Source of the DNA: the human T2T-CHM13v2.0 reference genome, Homo sapiens
DNA: 64,000 nucleotides
Direction: 5' to 3' (one strand)
Assembly (NCBI RefSeq): GCF_009914755.1
Contig: NC_060940.1
In this document: positions 42,401-56,888 of the stretch, one piece after another
Numbering within the stretch: position 1 is the stretch's first letter
Layout: each line of letters starts with the position of its first letter
Program-made: the position numbers and the translations under genes
Notes under the pieces: model-generated
What the model was told of the DNA's origin: nothing
What the model saw: the letters and a program-made list of their open reading frames with translations, nothing else
The model's database searches: none

Positions 42401-45400
42401 TCCATTCAATTCCATTCGATGATGATTCCATTCCAGTCCATATGATCATTCCATTTGATTTCATTCGATGATGATTCCATTCGATTCCATTCGATGATTC
42501 CATTCTATTCCATTCGATGATGATTCCATTCGAGTCCATTCGATGATTCCATTCGAGTCCATTTAATGATTCCATTGGGTTCAATTCAATGATGATTACA
42601 TTGGATTCCGTTCAATGATTCCATTCAATTCCGTTCATTGACAATTTGATTCCATTCGATGATGATTCCATTTGAGTTCATTCGATGATTCTATTCGATT
42701 CTCTTCGATGGTGATTCAATTCTATTATATTGGATGATTCCATTCGATTCCATTTGATGTTGATTCAATTCGATTCTATTCGATGATGATTCCATTGGAT
42801 TTCACTTGATGATTCTATTCGGTTCCATTCAATGATGATTGACTTCTCGTCCATTGGATGATTCCATTTCATTCCATTCGATGATGATTCCATTCGATTC
42901 CATTCGATGATTCCATTCGATTCCATGCGACGGTGAGCAATTCGATTCAATTCCATGATGATTCTATTTGATTCAATTAGATGATGTTTCCATTCGAATC
43001 CATTCCATGATTATTCCATTGGAATCCATTCGGCGATGATTCCATATGAGTCAATTCAATGATGATTCCATATGGGTCCGTTCGATGATAATTCCATTTG
43101 ATTTCATTCGATGCTTCTATTCTATTCCAGTCGATGATGATTCCGTTGGAGTCCATACGATGATTCCATTTGATTTCATTTGATGATGATTCCATTCGAT
43201 GATGATTACATTAGATTCCATTCTATGATTCCATTCAATTCCATTCGTTGATGATTCGATTCCATTCAATGATGATTCCATTTGAGTTCATTCGATGATT
43301 CTATTCGATTCCGTTCGATGGTGATTCAATTCTACTATATTGGATGATTCCACTCGATTCCATTTGATGATTATTCCATTGGAGTCCACTTAGTGAATCC
43401 TTTAGATTCTACTCGAAGATGATTCCATTCGAGTCCATTCGATGATACCATTCAATTCCATTCGTTGATGCTTCCATTCAAGTGCATTCGATGATATCAT
43501 TCGATTCCATTTGATGATAATTCCATTTGATTCCATGCGATGATTCTATTCGATTCCATTCAATGATAATTCCATTCAATTCAGTGATTCCTCTGGACTC
43601 CATTTGATGATGATTCCATTCAATGATTCCATTCGATTCTATTCCAAAATGATTCCATTTGAATCCATTTGATGATGATTCCATTAGATTCCATTTGATG
43701 ATTCCATTCTATTCTATTCGATGATGATTCCATTCGATTCCATTCGATGATGATTGGATTCGATTCCATTTGATGATTTCATTTGATTCCATTCGTTAAT
43801 GATTTCGATCAATTCCATTCGATGATTCCATTCGATTCCATTCGATAATGATTACATCCGAGTCCATCGATGATTCCATTTGAGCCTGTTGGATAATTCC
43901 ATTTGAGTCCAACCAATGATTCCATTCATTTCCATTCAATGATTCCATTCGAGTCCATTTGATCATTCCGGTAGGGTCCATTCGATGTTGATTCCATTGG
44001 AGTGCATTCGATGATTCCATTCGAGTCCATTTTATGATTTGTTTCGAGTCCTTTCAATGATTCCATTCGATTCCACTCGATGATGATTTCATTCGAGTCC
44101 ATTCGACACTTCCAATCGATTCCATTTGATGTTTCCATTCTAGTCCAATTGATGATTCCATTCAATTCCATTCGATGATGATTCCGTACGATTCCATTCT
44201 GTGATGATTCCATGTGATTGCATTCAATGATGATTCCTTTCGATTGCATTCGATTATGATTCATTTCGTGTTCATTCTATGGTTCCACAGGTTTCCATTC
44301 GTGTCCATTCCATTATTCCATTGTATTCCATTTGATGATGATTCCATTCGATTCCATTCATTGGTGATTCCACTCAATTCCATTCAATGATTCCATTCCA
44401 TTTCTTTCAACAATGATTCCATTAGTTTCTAATCGATGATCCACTTGATTCCATTTGACGATGATTCCATTCTTGTGCATTCGATGATTCCATTTGATTC
44501 CATATGATGATGATTCCATTCGATTCCATACCATGATGATTCCATTCGAGTCCATTCAATGGTGATTCCATTCAATTCCATTCGATGATTCCTTTCGATT
44601 CCATTCGATTATGATGGCATTTGGTTCCTTTCGATCATTCCCTTTGATTCCATTCAAAGGTGATTTCATTCAAGTCCATTCGATAATTGCATTCGATTCC
44701 ATTCTATGATGATTCCATTCGAGTTCATTTGATGATTCCATTCAATTCAAGTCAATGATGATTCCATTCGATTCCATTCGATGATTCCATTGGATTCCAT
44801 TCGATGATGATTCCATTCAAATCCATTCGATAATTCAATTCAAGTCCATTCGATGATGATTCCAATCGAATCCATTCAAAGATTCCATTCAGTTCCATTC
44901 GATGATTCCCTTAGATTCCATTCGATGATTCCACTTGATTCCATTTACGATGATTCCATTCGATTCCATGTGATGATTCCATTCAATTCATTTCAATGAT
45001 GTTTCCATTTGATTCCATTGGACCATGATTGCCTTTGACTCCATTCAATGATTCCATTCGGTTCCTTTTGATGATGATTCCGTTCGATTCCATTTGATGA
45101 TTCCATTTGATTCCATTGGATGAGTCCATTCGATTACATTCGATGATTATTCCATTCGAGTGCATTAGATGATTCCATTCGAGTCCATTCGATGATTCCA
45201 TTCGATTCCATTCGATGTTGATTCTGTTCAAATCCATTCAATGATTCCACTCGATTCCATTTAATGACTCCATTTGATCCCATTCGATGATTTCCTGTGA
45301 TTCCCTTTGATGATCATTCCATTTGATTCAATTCGGTGATTTCATTTGATTCCATTCAGTGATGTTTCCATTCGACGCCATTCGATGATGATTCCATTCG

Positions 45401-48400
45401 ACTCCATTCAATTATGATTTCATTCAATTCCATTCGATAATGATTCCCTTCGAATCCATTCGATGATTCCATTCGATTCCATTCAACGATGATTTGATTC
45501 GTGTCCATTCGATGATTCCATTTGAATCCACTTGATGATGATTCCAATCGAGTCCATTTGATGATTCCATTCAATTCCATTCTCCGATGATTTCTTTTGA
45601 GCCCACTCAATGCTTCCACTCGATTCCATATGATGATGACTCCATTCGATGAAATTCGATGATGATTCCATTCGCTTGCTTTCGATGTTGATTCCACTTG
45701 AGTCCGGTAGAAGGTTCTATTCAATTACATTCCATGACGATTCCGTTCGAGTCCATTTGATGATTCCATTAGACTCCATTCGACGATGATTCCATTCGAT
45801 GTTATTCGATGATTCCATTCGATCTCATTCGATGATGATTCCCTTCAACTCCATTCGATGTTTCCATTCGAGTTCATTCTATTATTCCATTAGATTCCAT
45901 TCGATGATGATTCCATTCGATTCCATTTGATGATTGCATTCTATTTCATTTGATGGTGATTCCTTTCGAGTCCACTCGATGATTCCATTCGAGTCCATTT
46001 AATGAATCCATTGGTTTCAATTCTATGATGATTACATTGGATTCCATTCGTTGATGATTTCATTCGGTTCCATTCAATGATGATTCTATTCAATTCCTTT
46101 CAATGTTTTCATTCAATTCCATACGATGATGATTCCATTTGATTTGATTCGACAGTGAGCCATTCGATTCAATTCCATGATGATTCTATTTGATTCAATT
46201 GGTTGACATTTCCATTCGATTCCATTCGATGATGATTCCCTTTGATTCCATTCAAAGATGATTCCATTCTAGCCCATTCAATCATTCCATTCGATTCTAT
46301 TCAATGATGATTCCATTCATGTCGATTTGATGATTCCATTTGACTTCATTTGATGATGATTCCTTTCAAGTTCATTAGATGATTCCATTCGATTCCATTG
46401 GATGATGATCCCATTCGAGTCCATTCAGTGATTCCATTCGTTTCCATTCCATGATGATTCCATTCCTTTCCATTCAATGATTCCATTCGATTCCGTTTGA
46501 TGATGATTTCATTCGAGTCCATTTGATGATTCCATTTGATTCCATTCGATGATGACTCCATTCGAGTCCATTCGATGATTCTATTCGAATCCATTTGATG
46601 ATTTCTTTTGATTATATTTGGTGATGATTCCATTGGAGTCCATTCAATGATTCCATTCTATTCCAATCGATGATGATTCCATTAGAGTCCATTTAATGAT
46701 TCCATTTGATTCCAGTCTCTGATGATTACATTCGAGTCCATACAATGATTCCACTCAATTCCATATGATGATGATTCCATTTGATTCCATTCGGTGATTC
46801 CATTCTATTCCATTCAATGGTGATTCCATGCGAGTACATTAGATGATTCCATTCGATTCCATTCAATGATGATTCTATTTGTGTCCCTTAGATGATTCCA
46901 CATGATTCCATTAGATGATGATACTATTTGAGCCCATCCAATGATTCCCTTCGATTCCATTCGATGAGGATTCCATTCGATTCAATTCATTGGTGATTCT
47001 GTTCAATTCAATTCTTTGATTCCATTCCATTCCACTCGACAATGATTCCATTCGATTTCTTTCGATGATTCCACTCGATTCCACTTGACATTGATTCCAT
47101 TCGATTCCATTCAATGATTCCATTTGATTCCAGTGGATGATGATTGCCATCGATTCCATTCGATCACTCCATTCTATTCCATTTGATGATGATTACATTC
47201 GATTCCATTTGATGATTCCATCTGATTCTATTCGAGGATTCCATTTGATTCCATTCGATGATGATTCCATTCGAGTCCATTCGATGATTTCATTCGAGTA
47301 CATCCAATGATTCCATTCGAGTCCATTAGATGATTCCATTTGATTCCATTTGAAAATGATTCTACTAGAGTCCATTCAATGACTCCATTCGAGTCCATTC
47401 AACAATTCCATTCGACTCCATTCGATGATTCCATTCGATTCCATTTGATGGTGCCATTCGAGTCCATTTAATCATTACAGTCGAGTCCATTTGGTGATTC
47501 CACTGGATTTCTTTTGACAATGATACCATTCAATTACATTTGATGATGATCCCATTCAATTTCATTTGATGATGATTCCCTTAGAGTCCATTCGATGATT
47601 TCATTCGAGTCCTTTCATTGATTCCATCCGATTTCATTTGATGATGACTCCATTCGAGTCCATTCGATGATTCCACTCGATTCCATTAGATGATTCCATT
47701 GGAGTCCATTTGATTGTTCCATTCGATTCCATTCGATTCCTTTCGAAGATTATTCCATTTGAGTCCATTCGATGATGATTCCATTCCATTCCATTCGATG
47801 ATTCCGTTTGATTCCATTCGATTCCTTTCTTTGATGATTCCATTCCATTCCATTCAATGATTCCATTCGAATCTATTCCATGATGATTCCTTTCGATTCC
47901 ATTCGCTGATGTTTCCGTTCAATTCCATTCGATGATGATTCCATTCGATTCCATTCATTGAGGATTCCATTTGATTCCATTCAATGATGATTCCGTTCTA
48001 TTCCATTCAATGATTGCATTCAATTCCATTCAATGATTATCCCATTAGAGTAAACTCAACGATTCCATTCAATACCATTCGATGATGATTCCTTTTGAGT
48101 CCATTCAATGATTTCATTCAAGTCCATTTGATGATTCCTTTCAATTCCATTCTATGATGATTCCATTCGAGTCCATTCGATGATTCCATTCGATTGCATT
48201 CGATGATTCCATTATATTCCATTCAACGATGATTCCATTCGAGTCCATTCGATGATTCCATTAGAGTACATTTAATGATTGCTTTGTTTTCAATTCGAAG
48301 ATGATTACATTGGATTCCATTCTATGATACCATTCGATTCCATTCAATGATGATTCCACTCAAATCCATTGGATGATTCCATTCGTGTCCATTCGGTGAT

Positions 48401-51400
48401 TTCATTAGATTCCATTCGAGGATGATTCCATTCGATTCCATTCGATGATTCCATTCAATTCCATTCGATGATGATTCCATTCCAGTCCATATGATCATTC
48501 CATTTGATTTCATTCGATGATGATTCCATTCGATTCCATTCGATGATTCCATTCTATTCCATTCGATGATGATTCCATTCGAGTCCATTCGATGATTCCA
48601 TTCGAGTCCATTTAATGATTCCATTGGGTTCAATTCAATGATGATTACGTTGGATTCCTTTCTATGATTCCATTCAATTCCGTTCATTGACAATTTGATT
48701 CCATTCGATGATGATTCCATTTGAGTTCATTCGATGATTCTATTCGATTCTCTTCGATGGTGATTCAATTCTATTATATTGGATGATTCCATTCGATTCC
48801 ATTTGATGTTGATTCAATTCGATTCTATTCGATGATGATTCCATTGGATTTCACTTGATGATTCTATTCGATTCCATTCAATGATGATTCACTTCTCGTC
48901 CATTGGATGATTCCATTTCATTCCATTCGATGATGATTCCATTCGATTCCATTCGATGATTCCATTCGATTCCATGCGACGGTGAGCAATTCGATTCAAT
49001 TCCATGATGATTCTATTTGATTCAATTAGATGATGTTTCCATTCGAATCCATTCCATGATTATTCCATTGGAATCCATTTGGCGATGCTTCCATATGAGT
49101 CAATTCAATGATGATTCCATATGGGTCCGTTCGATGATAATTCCATTTGATTTCATTCGATGCTTCTATTCAATTCCAGTCGATGATGATTCCGTTGGAG
49201 TCCATACGATGATTCCATTTGATTTCATTTGATGATGATTCCATTCGATGATGATTACATTGGATTCCATTCTATGATTCCATTCAATTCCATTCGTTGA
49301 TGATTCGATTCCATTCAATGATGATTCCATTTGAGTTCATTCGATGATTCTATTCGATTCCGTTCGATGGTGATTCAATTCTATTATATTGGATGATTCC
49401 ACTCGATTCCATTTGATGATTATTCCATTGGAGTCCACTTAGTGAATCCTTTAGATTCTACTCGAAGATGATTCCATTCGAGTCCATTCGATGATACCAT
49501 TCAATTCCATTCGTTGATGCTTCCATTAAAGTGCATTCGATGATATCATTCGATTCCATTTGATGATAATTCCATTTGATTCCACGCGATGATTCTATTC
49601 GATTCCATTCAATGATAATTCCATTCAATTCAGTGATTCCACTGGACTCCATTTGATGATGATTCCATTCAATGATTCCATTCGATTCTATTCGAAAATG
49701 ATACCATTTGAATCCATTTGATGATGATTCCATTAGATTCCATTTGATGATTCCATTCGATTCCATTTGACGATGATTCCATTCGATTCCATTTGATGAT
49801 TCCATTCTATTCTATTTGATGATGATTCCATTCGATTCCATTTGATGATGATTGGATTCGATTCCATTTGATGATTTCATTTGATTCCATTCGTTAATGA
49901 TATCGATCAATTCCATTCGATGATTCCATTCGATTTCATTCGATAATGATTACATCCGGGTCCATTCGATGATTCCATTTGAGCCTGTTCGATAATTCCA
50001 TTTGAGTCCAACCAATGATTCCATTCATTTCCATTCAATGATTCCATTCGAGTCCATTTGATCATTCCGGTAGGGTCCATTCGATGTTGATTCCATTGGA
50101 GTGCATTCGATGATTCCATTCGAGTCCATTTTATGATTTGATTCGAGTCCTTTCGATGATTCCATTCGATTCCACTCGATGATGATTTCATTCGAGTCCA
50201 TTCGACACTTCCAATCGATTCCATTTGATGTTTCCATTCGAGTCCAATTGATGATTCCATTCAATTCCATTCGATGATGATTCCGTACGATTCCATTCTG
50301 TGATGATTCCATGTGATTGCATTCAATGATGATTCCTTTCGATTGCATTCGATTATGATTCATTTCGTGTTCATTCTATGGTTCCACAGGTTTCCATTCG
50401 ATGACGTTTCCGTTCGTGTCCATTCCATTATTCCATTCTATTTCATTTGATGATGATTCCATTCGATTCCATTCATTGGTGATTCCACTCAATTCCATTC
50501 AATGATTCCATTCCATTTCTTTCAACAATGATTCCATTAGTTTCTATTCGATGATCCACTTGATTCCATTTGGCGATGATTCCATTCGTGTCCATTCGAT
50601 GATTCCATTTGATTCCATATGATGATGATTCCATTCGATTCCATACCATGATGATTCCATTCGAGTCCATTCAATGGTGATTCCATTCAATTCCATTCGA
50701 TGATTCCTTCCGATTCCATTCGATGATGATGGCCTTCGATTCCTTTCAATCGTTCCCTTTGATTCCATTCAAAGGTGATTTCATTCAAGTCCATTCGATA
50801 ATTGCATTCGATTCCATTCTATGATGATTCCATTCGAGTCCATTTGATGATTCCATTCAATTCAAGTCAATGATGATTCCATTCGATTCCACTCGATGAT
50901 TCCATTGGATTCCATTCGATGATGATTCCATTCAAATCCATTCGATAATTCAATTCAAGTCCATTCGATGATGATTCCAATCGAATCCATTCAAAGATTA
51001 CATTCAATTCCATTCGATGATGATTCCCTTAGATTCCATTTGATGATTCCACTTGATTCCATTTACGATGATTCCATTCGATTCCATGTGATGAATCCAT
51101 TCAATTCTATTCAATGATGTTTCCATTTGATTCCATTGGACCATGATTGCCTTTGATTCCATTCAATGATTCCATTCGGTTCCTTTTGATGATGATTCCG
51201 TTCGATTCCATTTGATGATTCCATTTGATTCCATTGGATGAGTCCATTTGATTACATTCGATGATTAATCCATTCGAGTGCATTAGATGATTGCATTCGA
51301 GTCCATTCGATGATTCCATTCGATTCCATTCGATGTTGATTCTGTTCAAATCCATTCGATGATGCCACTCGATTCCATTCGATGACTCCATTTGATCCCA

Positions 51401-53096
51401 TTCGATGATTTCCTGTGATTCCCTTTGATGATCATTCTATTTGATTCAATTCGGTGATTTCATTTGATTCCATTCAGTGATGTTTCCATTCGACTGTATT
51501 CCATGATGATTCCATTCGACTCCATTCGATTATGATTTCATTCAATTCCATTCAATAATGATTCCCTTCGAGTCCATTCGATGATTCCATTCGATTCCAT
51601 TCAACGATGATTTGATTCGTGTCCATTCGATGATTCCATTTGATTCCACTTGATGATGATTCCATTCGAGTCCATTTGATGATTCCATTCAATTCCATTC
51701 TCCGATGATTTCTTTTGAGCCCATTCAATGCTTCCACTCGATTCCATATGATGATGACTCCATTCGATGAAATTCGATGATGATTCCATTCGCTTGCGTT
51801 CAATGATGATTCCACTTGAGTCCGTTAGAAGATTCTATTCAAATACATTCCATGACGATTCCGTTCGAGTCCATTTGATGATTCCATTAGACTCCATTCG
51901 ACGATGATTCCATTCGATGTTATTCGATGATTCCATTCGATCTCATTCGATGATGATTCCATTCAACTCCATTCGATGTTTCCATTCGAGTTCATTCTAT
52001 TATTCCATTAGATTCCATTCGATGATGATTCCATTCGATTCCATTTGATGATTGCATTCTATTTCATTTGATGATGATTCCATTCGAGTCCACTCGATGA
52101 TTCCATTCGAGTCCATTTAATGAATCCATTGGTTTCAATTCTATGATGATTACATTGGATTCCATTCGTTGATGATTTCATTCGGTTCCATTCAATGATG
52201 ATTCCATTCAATTCCTATCAATGTTTCCATTCAATTCCATACGATGATGATTCCATTTGATTTGATTCGACAGTGAGCCATTCGATTCAATTCCATGATG
52301 ATTCTATTTGATTCAATTGGTTGACATTTCCATTCGATTCCATTCGATGATGATTCCCTTTGATTCCATTCAAAGATGATTCCATTCTAGGCCATTCAAT
52401 CATTCCATTCGATTCTATTCAATGATGATTCCATTCATGTCGATTTGGTGATTCCATTTGACTTCATTTGATGATGATTCCTTTCAAGTTCATTAGATGA
52501 TTCCATTCGATTCCATTTGATGATGATCCCATTCGAGTCCATTTGATGATTCCATTCGTTTCCATTCCATTATGATTCCATTCCATTCCATTCAATGATT
52601 CCATTCGATTCCGTTTGGTGATGATTTCATTCGAGTCCATTTGATGATTCCATTTGATTCCATTCGATGATGATTCCATTCGAGTCCATTCGATGATTCT
52701 ATTCGAATCCATTTGATGATTTCTTTTGAGTATAGTTGGTGATGATTCCATTGGAGTCCATTCAATGATTCCATTCGATTCCAATCGATGGTGATTCCAT
52801 TAGAGTCCATTTAATGATTCCATTTGATTCCAGTCTCTGATGATTACATTCGAGTCCATACGATGATTCCACTCAATTCCATATGATGATGATTCCATTC
52901 GATTCCATTCGATGATTCCATTCTATTCTAATCGATGATGATTCCATTCGATTCCATTCGATGATGATTGGATTCGATTCCATTTGATGATTTCATTTCA
53001 TTCCATTCGTTAATGATTTCGTTCAACTCCATTCGATGATTCCATTTGATTCCATTCGATAATGATTACATCCGAGTCCATTCGATGATTCCATTT
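36391..53096 (+). repeat. Right copy of ~16.7-kb tandem super-duplication (includes 6003-bp and 6118-bp units)
   Basis: Shares rare variants with the left copy: GAGTCCATCG 1-bp deletion (27141/43860), CCGGTAGAAGG (28985/45704), CGACTGTATTCC (~34785/~51491). Collinearity ends at ~36390/~53096. Confidence 0.92.
37632..38500 (+). repeat. 413-bp internal tandem duplication (copy in right block)
   Basis: The 'MESSSNGIKLSMN' pseudo-ORF starts at 37841 and again at 38254; it lies 16768 bp from the copy at 20864-21732. Confidence 0.9.
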
Positions 53097-54679
53097 GAGC
53101 CCGTTCGATAATTCCATTTGAGTCCAATCAATGATTCCATTCATTTCCATTCAATGATTCCATTCGAGTCCATTTGATCATTCTGGTAGGGTCCGTTCGA
53201 TGTTGATTCCATTGGAGTGCATTCGATGATTCCATTCGAGTCCATTTTAGGATTTGATTCGAGTCCTTTCGATGATTCCATTCGATTCCACTCGATGATG
53301 ATTTCATTCGAGTCCATTCAACACTTCCAATCGATTCCATTTGATGTTTCCATTCGAGTCCAATTGATGATTCAATTCCATTCGATGATGATTCCGTATG
53401 ATTCCATTCTGTGATGATTCCTTGTGATTGCATTCAATGATGATTCCTTTCGATTGCATTCGATTGTGATTCATTTCGTGTTCATTCTATGGTTCCACAG
53501 GTTTCCATTCGTGTCCATTCCATTATTCCATTCTATTCCATTTCATGATGATTCCATTCGATTCCATTCATTGGTGATTCCACTCAATTCCATTCAATGA
53601 TTCCATTCCATTTCTTTCAACAATGATTCCATTAGTTTCTAATCGATGATCCACTTGATTCCATTTGATGACGCTTCCATTCTTGTCCATTCGATGATTC
53701 CATTTGATTCCATATGATGATGATTCCATTCGATTCCATACGATGATGATTCCATTCGAGTCCATTCAATGGTGATTCCATTCAATTCCATTCGATGATT
53801 CCTTTTGATTCCATTCGATGATGATGGCATTCGATTCCTTTCAATCATTCCCTTTGATTCCATTCAAAGGTGATTTCATTCAAGTCCATTCGATAATTGT
53901 ATTCGATTCCATTCTATGATGATTCCATTCGAGTCCATTTGATGATTCCATTCAATTCAAGTCAATGATGATTCCATTCGATTCCATTCGATGATTCCAT
54001 TGGATTCCATTCGATGATGATTCCATTCAAATCCATTTGATAATTCAATTCAAGTCCATTCGATGATGATTCCAATCGAATCCATTCAGTTCCATTCGAT
54101 GATTCCCTTAGATTCCATTCGATGATTCCACTTGTTTCCATTTACGATGATTCCATTCGATTCCATGTGATGATTCCATTCAATTCTATTCAATGATGTC
54201 TCCATTTGATTCCATTCGACCATGATTGCCTTTGCTTCCATTCAATGTTTCCATTCGGTTCCTTTTGATGATAATTCAGTTCGATTCCATTTGATGATTC
54301 CATTTGATTCCATTGGATGAGTCCATTCAATTACATTCGATGATTATTCCATTTGAGTGCATTAGATGATTCCATTCGAGTCCATTCGATGATTCCATTC
54401 GATTCCATTCGATGTTGATTCTGTTCAAGTCCATTCGATGATTCCACTGGATTCCATTCGAGGACTCCAGTTGATCCCATTCGATGATTTCCTGTGATTC
54501 CCTTTGATGATCATTCCATTTGATACAATTCGGTGATTTCATTTGATTCCATTCAGTGATGTTTCCATTCGACTCCATTCGATGATGATTCCATTCGACT
54601 CCATTCGATTATGATTTCATTCAATTCCATTCGATAATGATTCCCTTCGAGTCCATTCGATGATTCCATTCGATTCCAT
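51601..54679 (+). repeat. 3079-bp deletion unit (~3015-bp deletion)
   Basis: The junction CCATTCTATTCTA-ATCGATG at ~52918-52935 joins reference positions ~30081 and ~33096. Confidence 0.88.
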
Positions 54680-56888
54680 TCAACGATGATTTGATTCGTG
54701 TCCGTTCGATGATTCCATTTGATTCCACTTGATGATGATTCCATTCGAGTCCATTTGATGATTCCATTCAATTCCATTCTCCGATGATTTCTTTTGAGCC
54801 CACTCAATGCTTCCACTCGATTCCATATGATGATGACTCCATTCGATGAAATTCGATGATGATTCCATTCGCTTGCTTTCGATGATGATTCCACTTGAGT
54901 CCGTTAGAAGATTCTATTCAATTACATTCCATGACGATTCCGTTCGAGTCCATTTGATGATTCCATTAGACTCCATTCGACGATGATTCCATTCGATGTT
55001 ATTCGATGATTCCATTCGATCTCATTCGATGATGATTCCATTCAACTCCATTCGATGTTTCCATTCGAGTTCATTCTATTATTCCATTAGATTCCATTCG
55101 ATGATGATTCCATTCGATTCCGTTTGATGATTGCATTCTATTTCATTTGATGATGATTCCATTCGAGTCCACTCGATGATTCCATTCGAGTCCATTTAAT
55201 GAATCCGTTGGTTTCAATTCTATGATGATTACATTGGATTCCATTCGTTGATGATTTCATTCGGTTCCATTCAATGATGATTCCATTCAATTCCTTTCAA
55301 TGTTTCCATTCAATTCCATACGATGATGATTCCATTTGATTTGATTCGACAGTGAGCCATTCGATTCAATTCCATGATGATTCTATTTGATTCAATTGGT
55401 TGACATTTCCATTCGATTCCATTCGATGATGATTCCCTTTGATTCCATTCAAAGATGATTCCATTCTAGCCCATTCAATCATTCCATTCGATTCTATTCA
55501 ATGATGATTCCATTCATGTCGATTTGGTGATTCCATTTGACTTCATTTGATGATGATTCCTTTCAAGTTCATTAGATGATTCCATTCGATTCCATTTGAT
55601 GATTATTCCATTCCATTCCATTCAATGATTCCATTCGATTCCGTTTGATGATGATTTCATTCGAGTCCATTTGATGATTCCATTTGATTCCATTCGATGA
55701 TGATTCCATTCGAGTCCATTTGATGATTCTATTCGAATCCATTTGATGATTACTTTTGATTATATTTGGTGATGATTCCATTGGAGTCCATTCAATGATT
55801 CCATTCGATTCCAATCGATGATGATTTCATTAGAGTCCATTTAATGATTCCATTTGATTCCAGTCTCTGATGATTACATTCGAGTCCATACGATGATTCC
55901 ACTCAATTCCATATGATGATGATTCCATTCGATTCCATTCGATGTTTCCATTCTATTCTATTCAATGGTGATTCCATTCGAGTACATTAGATGATTCCAT
56001 TCGATTCCATTCAATGATGATTCTATTTGTGTCCCTTAGATGGTTCCACATGATTCCATTACATGATGATACTATTTGAGCCCATCCAATGATTCCCTTC
56101 GATTCCATTCTATGATGATTCCATTCGAGTCCATTTGATGATTCCATTCAATTCAAGTCAATGATGATTCCATTCGATTCCATTCGATGATTCCATTGGA
56201 TTCCATTCGATGATGATTCCATTCAAATCCATTCGATAATTCAATTCAAGTCCATTCGATGATGATTCCAATCGAATCCATTCAAAGATTCCATTCAGTT
56301 CCATTCGATGATAACCTTAGATTCCATTCGATGATTCCACTTGTTTCCATTTACGATGATTCCATTCGATTCCATGTGATGATTCCATTCAATTCTATTC
56401 AATGATGTCTCCATTTGATTCCATTCGACCATGATTGCCTTTGCTACCATTCAATGTTTCCATTCGGTTCCTTTTGATGATAATTCCGTTCGATTCCATT
56501 TGATGATTCCATTTGATTCCATTGGATGAGTCCATTCGATTACATTCGATGATTATTCCATTTGAGTGCATTAGATGATTCCATTCGAGTCCATTCGATG
56601 ATTCCATTCGATTCCATTCGATGTTTATTCTGTTCAAGTCCATTCGATGATTCCACTGGATTCCATTCGAGGACTCCAGTTGATCCCATTCGATGATTTC
56701 CTTTGATTCCCTTTGATGATCATTCCATTTGATACAATTCGGTGATTTCATTTGATTCCATTCAGTGATGTTTCCATTCGACTCCATTCGATGATGATTC
56801 CATTCGACTCCATTCGATTATGATTTCATTCAATTCCATTCGATAATGATTCCCTTCGAGTCCATTCGATGATTCCATTCGATTCCAT
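54680..56888 (+). repeat. 2209-bp deletion unit (~3870-bp deletion)
   Basis: The junction at ~56098-56110 joins GAGCCCATCCAATGATTCCCTTCG (ref ~30231) to TATGATGATTCCATTCGAGTCCATTTG...CAAGTCAATG (ref ~34101); 6131-3870-49-3=2209. Confidence 0.88.

Noticed and set aside
3618-53414. Few plus-strand ORFs (MFHSIPFDS..., MIQLDDVS...)
   Set aside because: Chance stop-free satellite stretches, several with TTG starts, present or absent depending on single SNPs.
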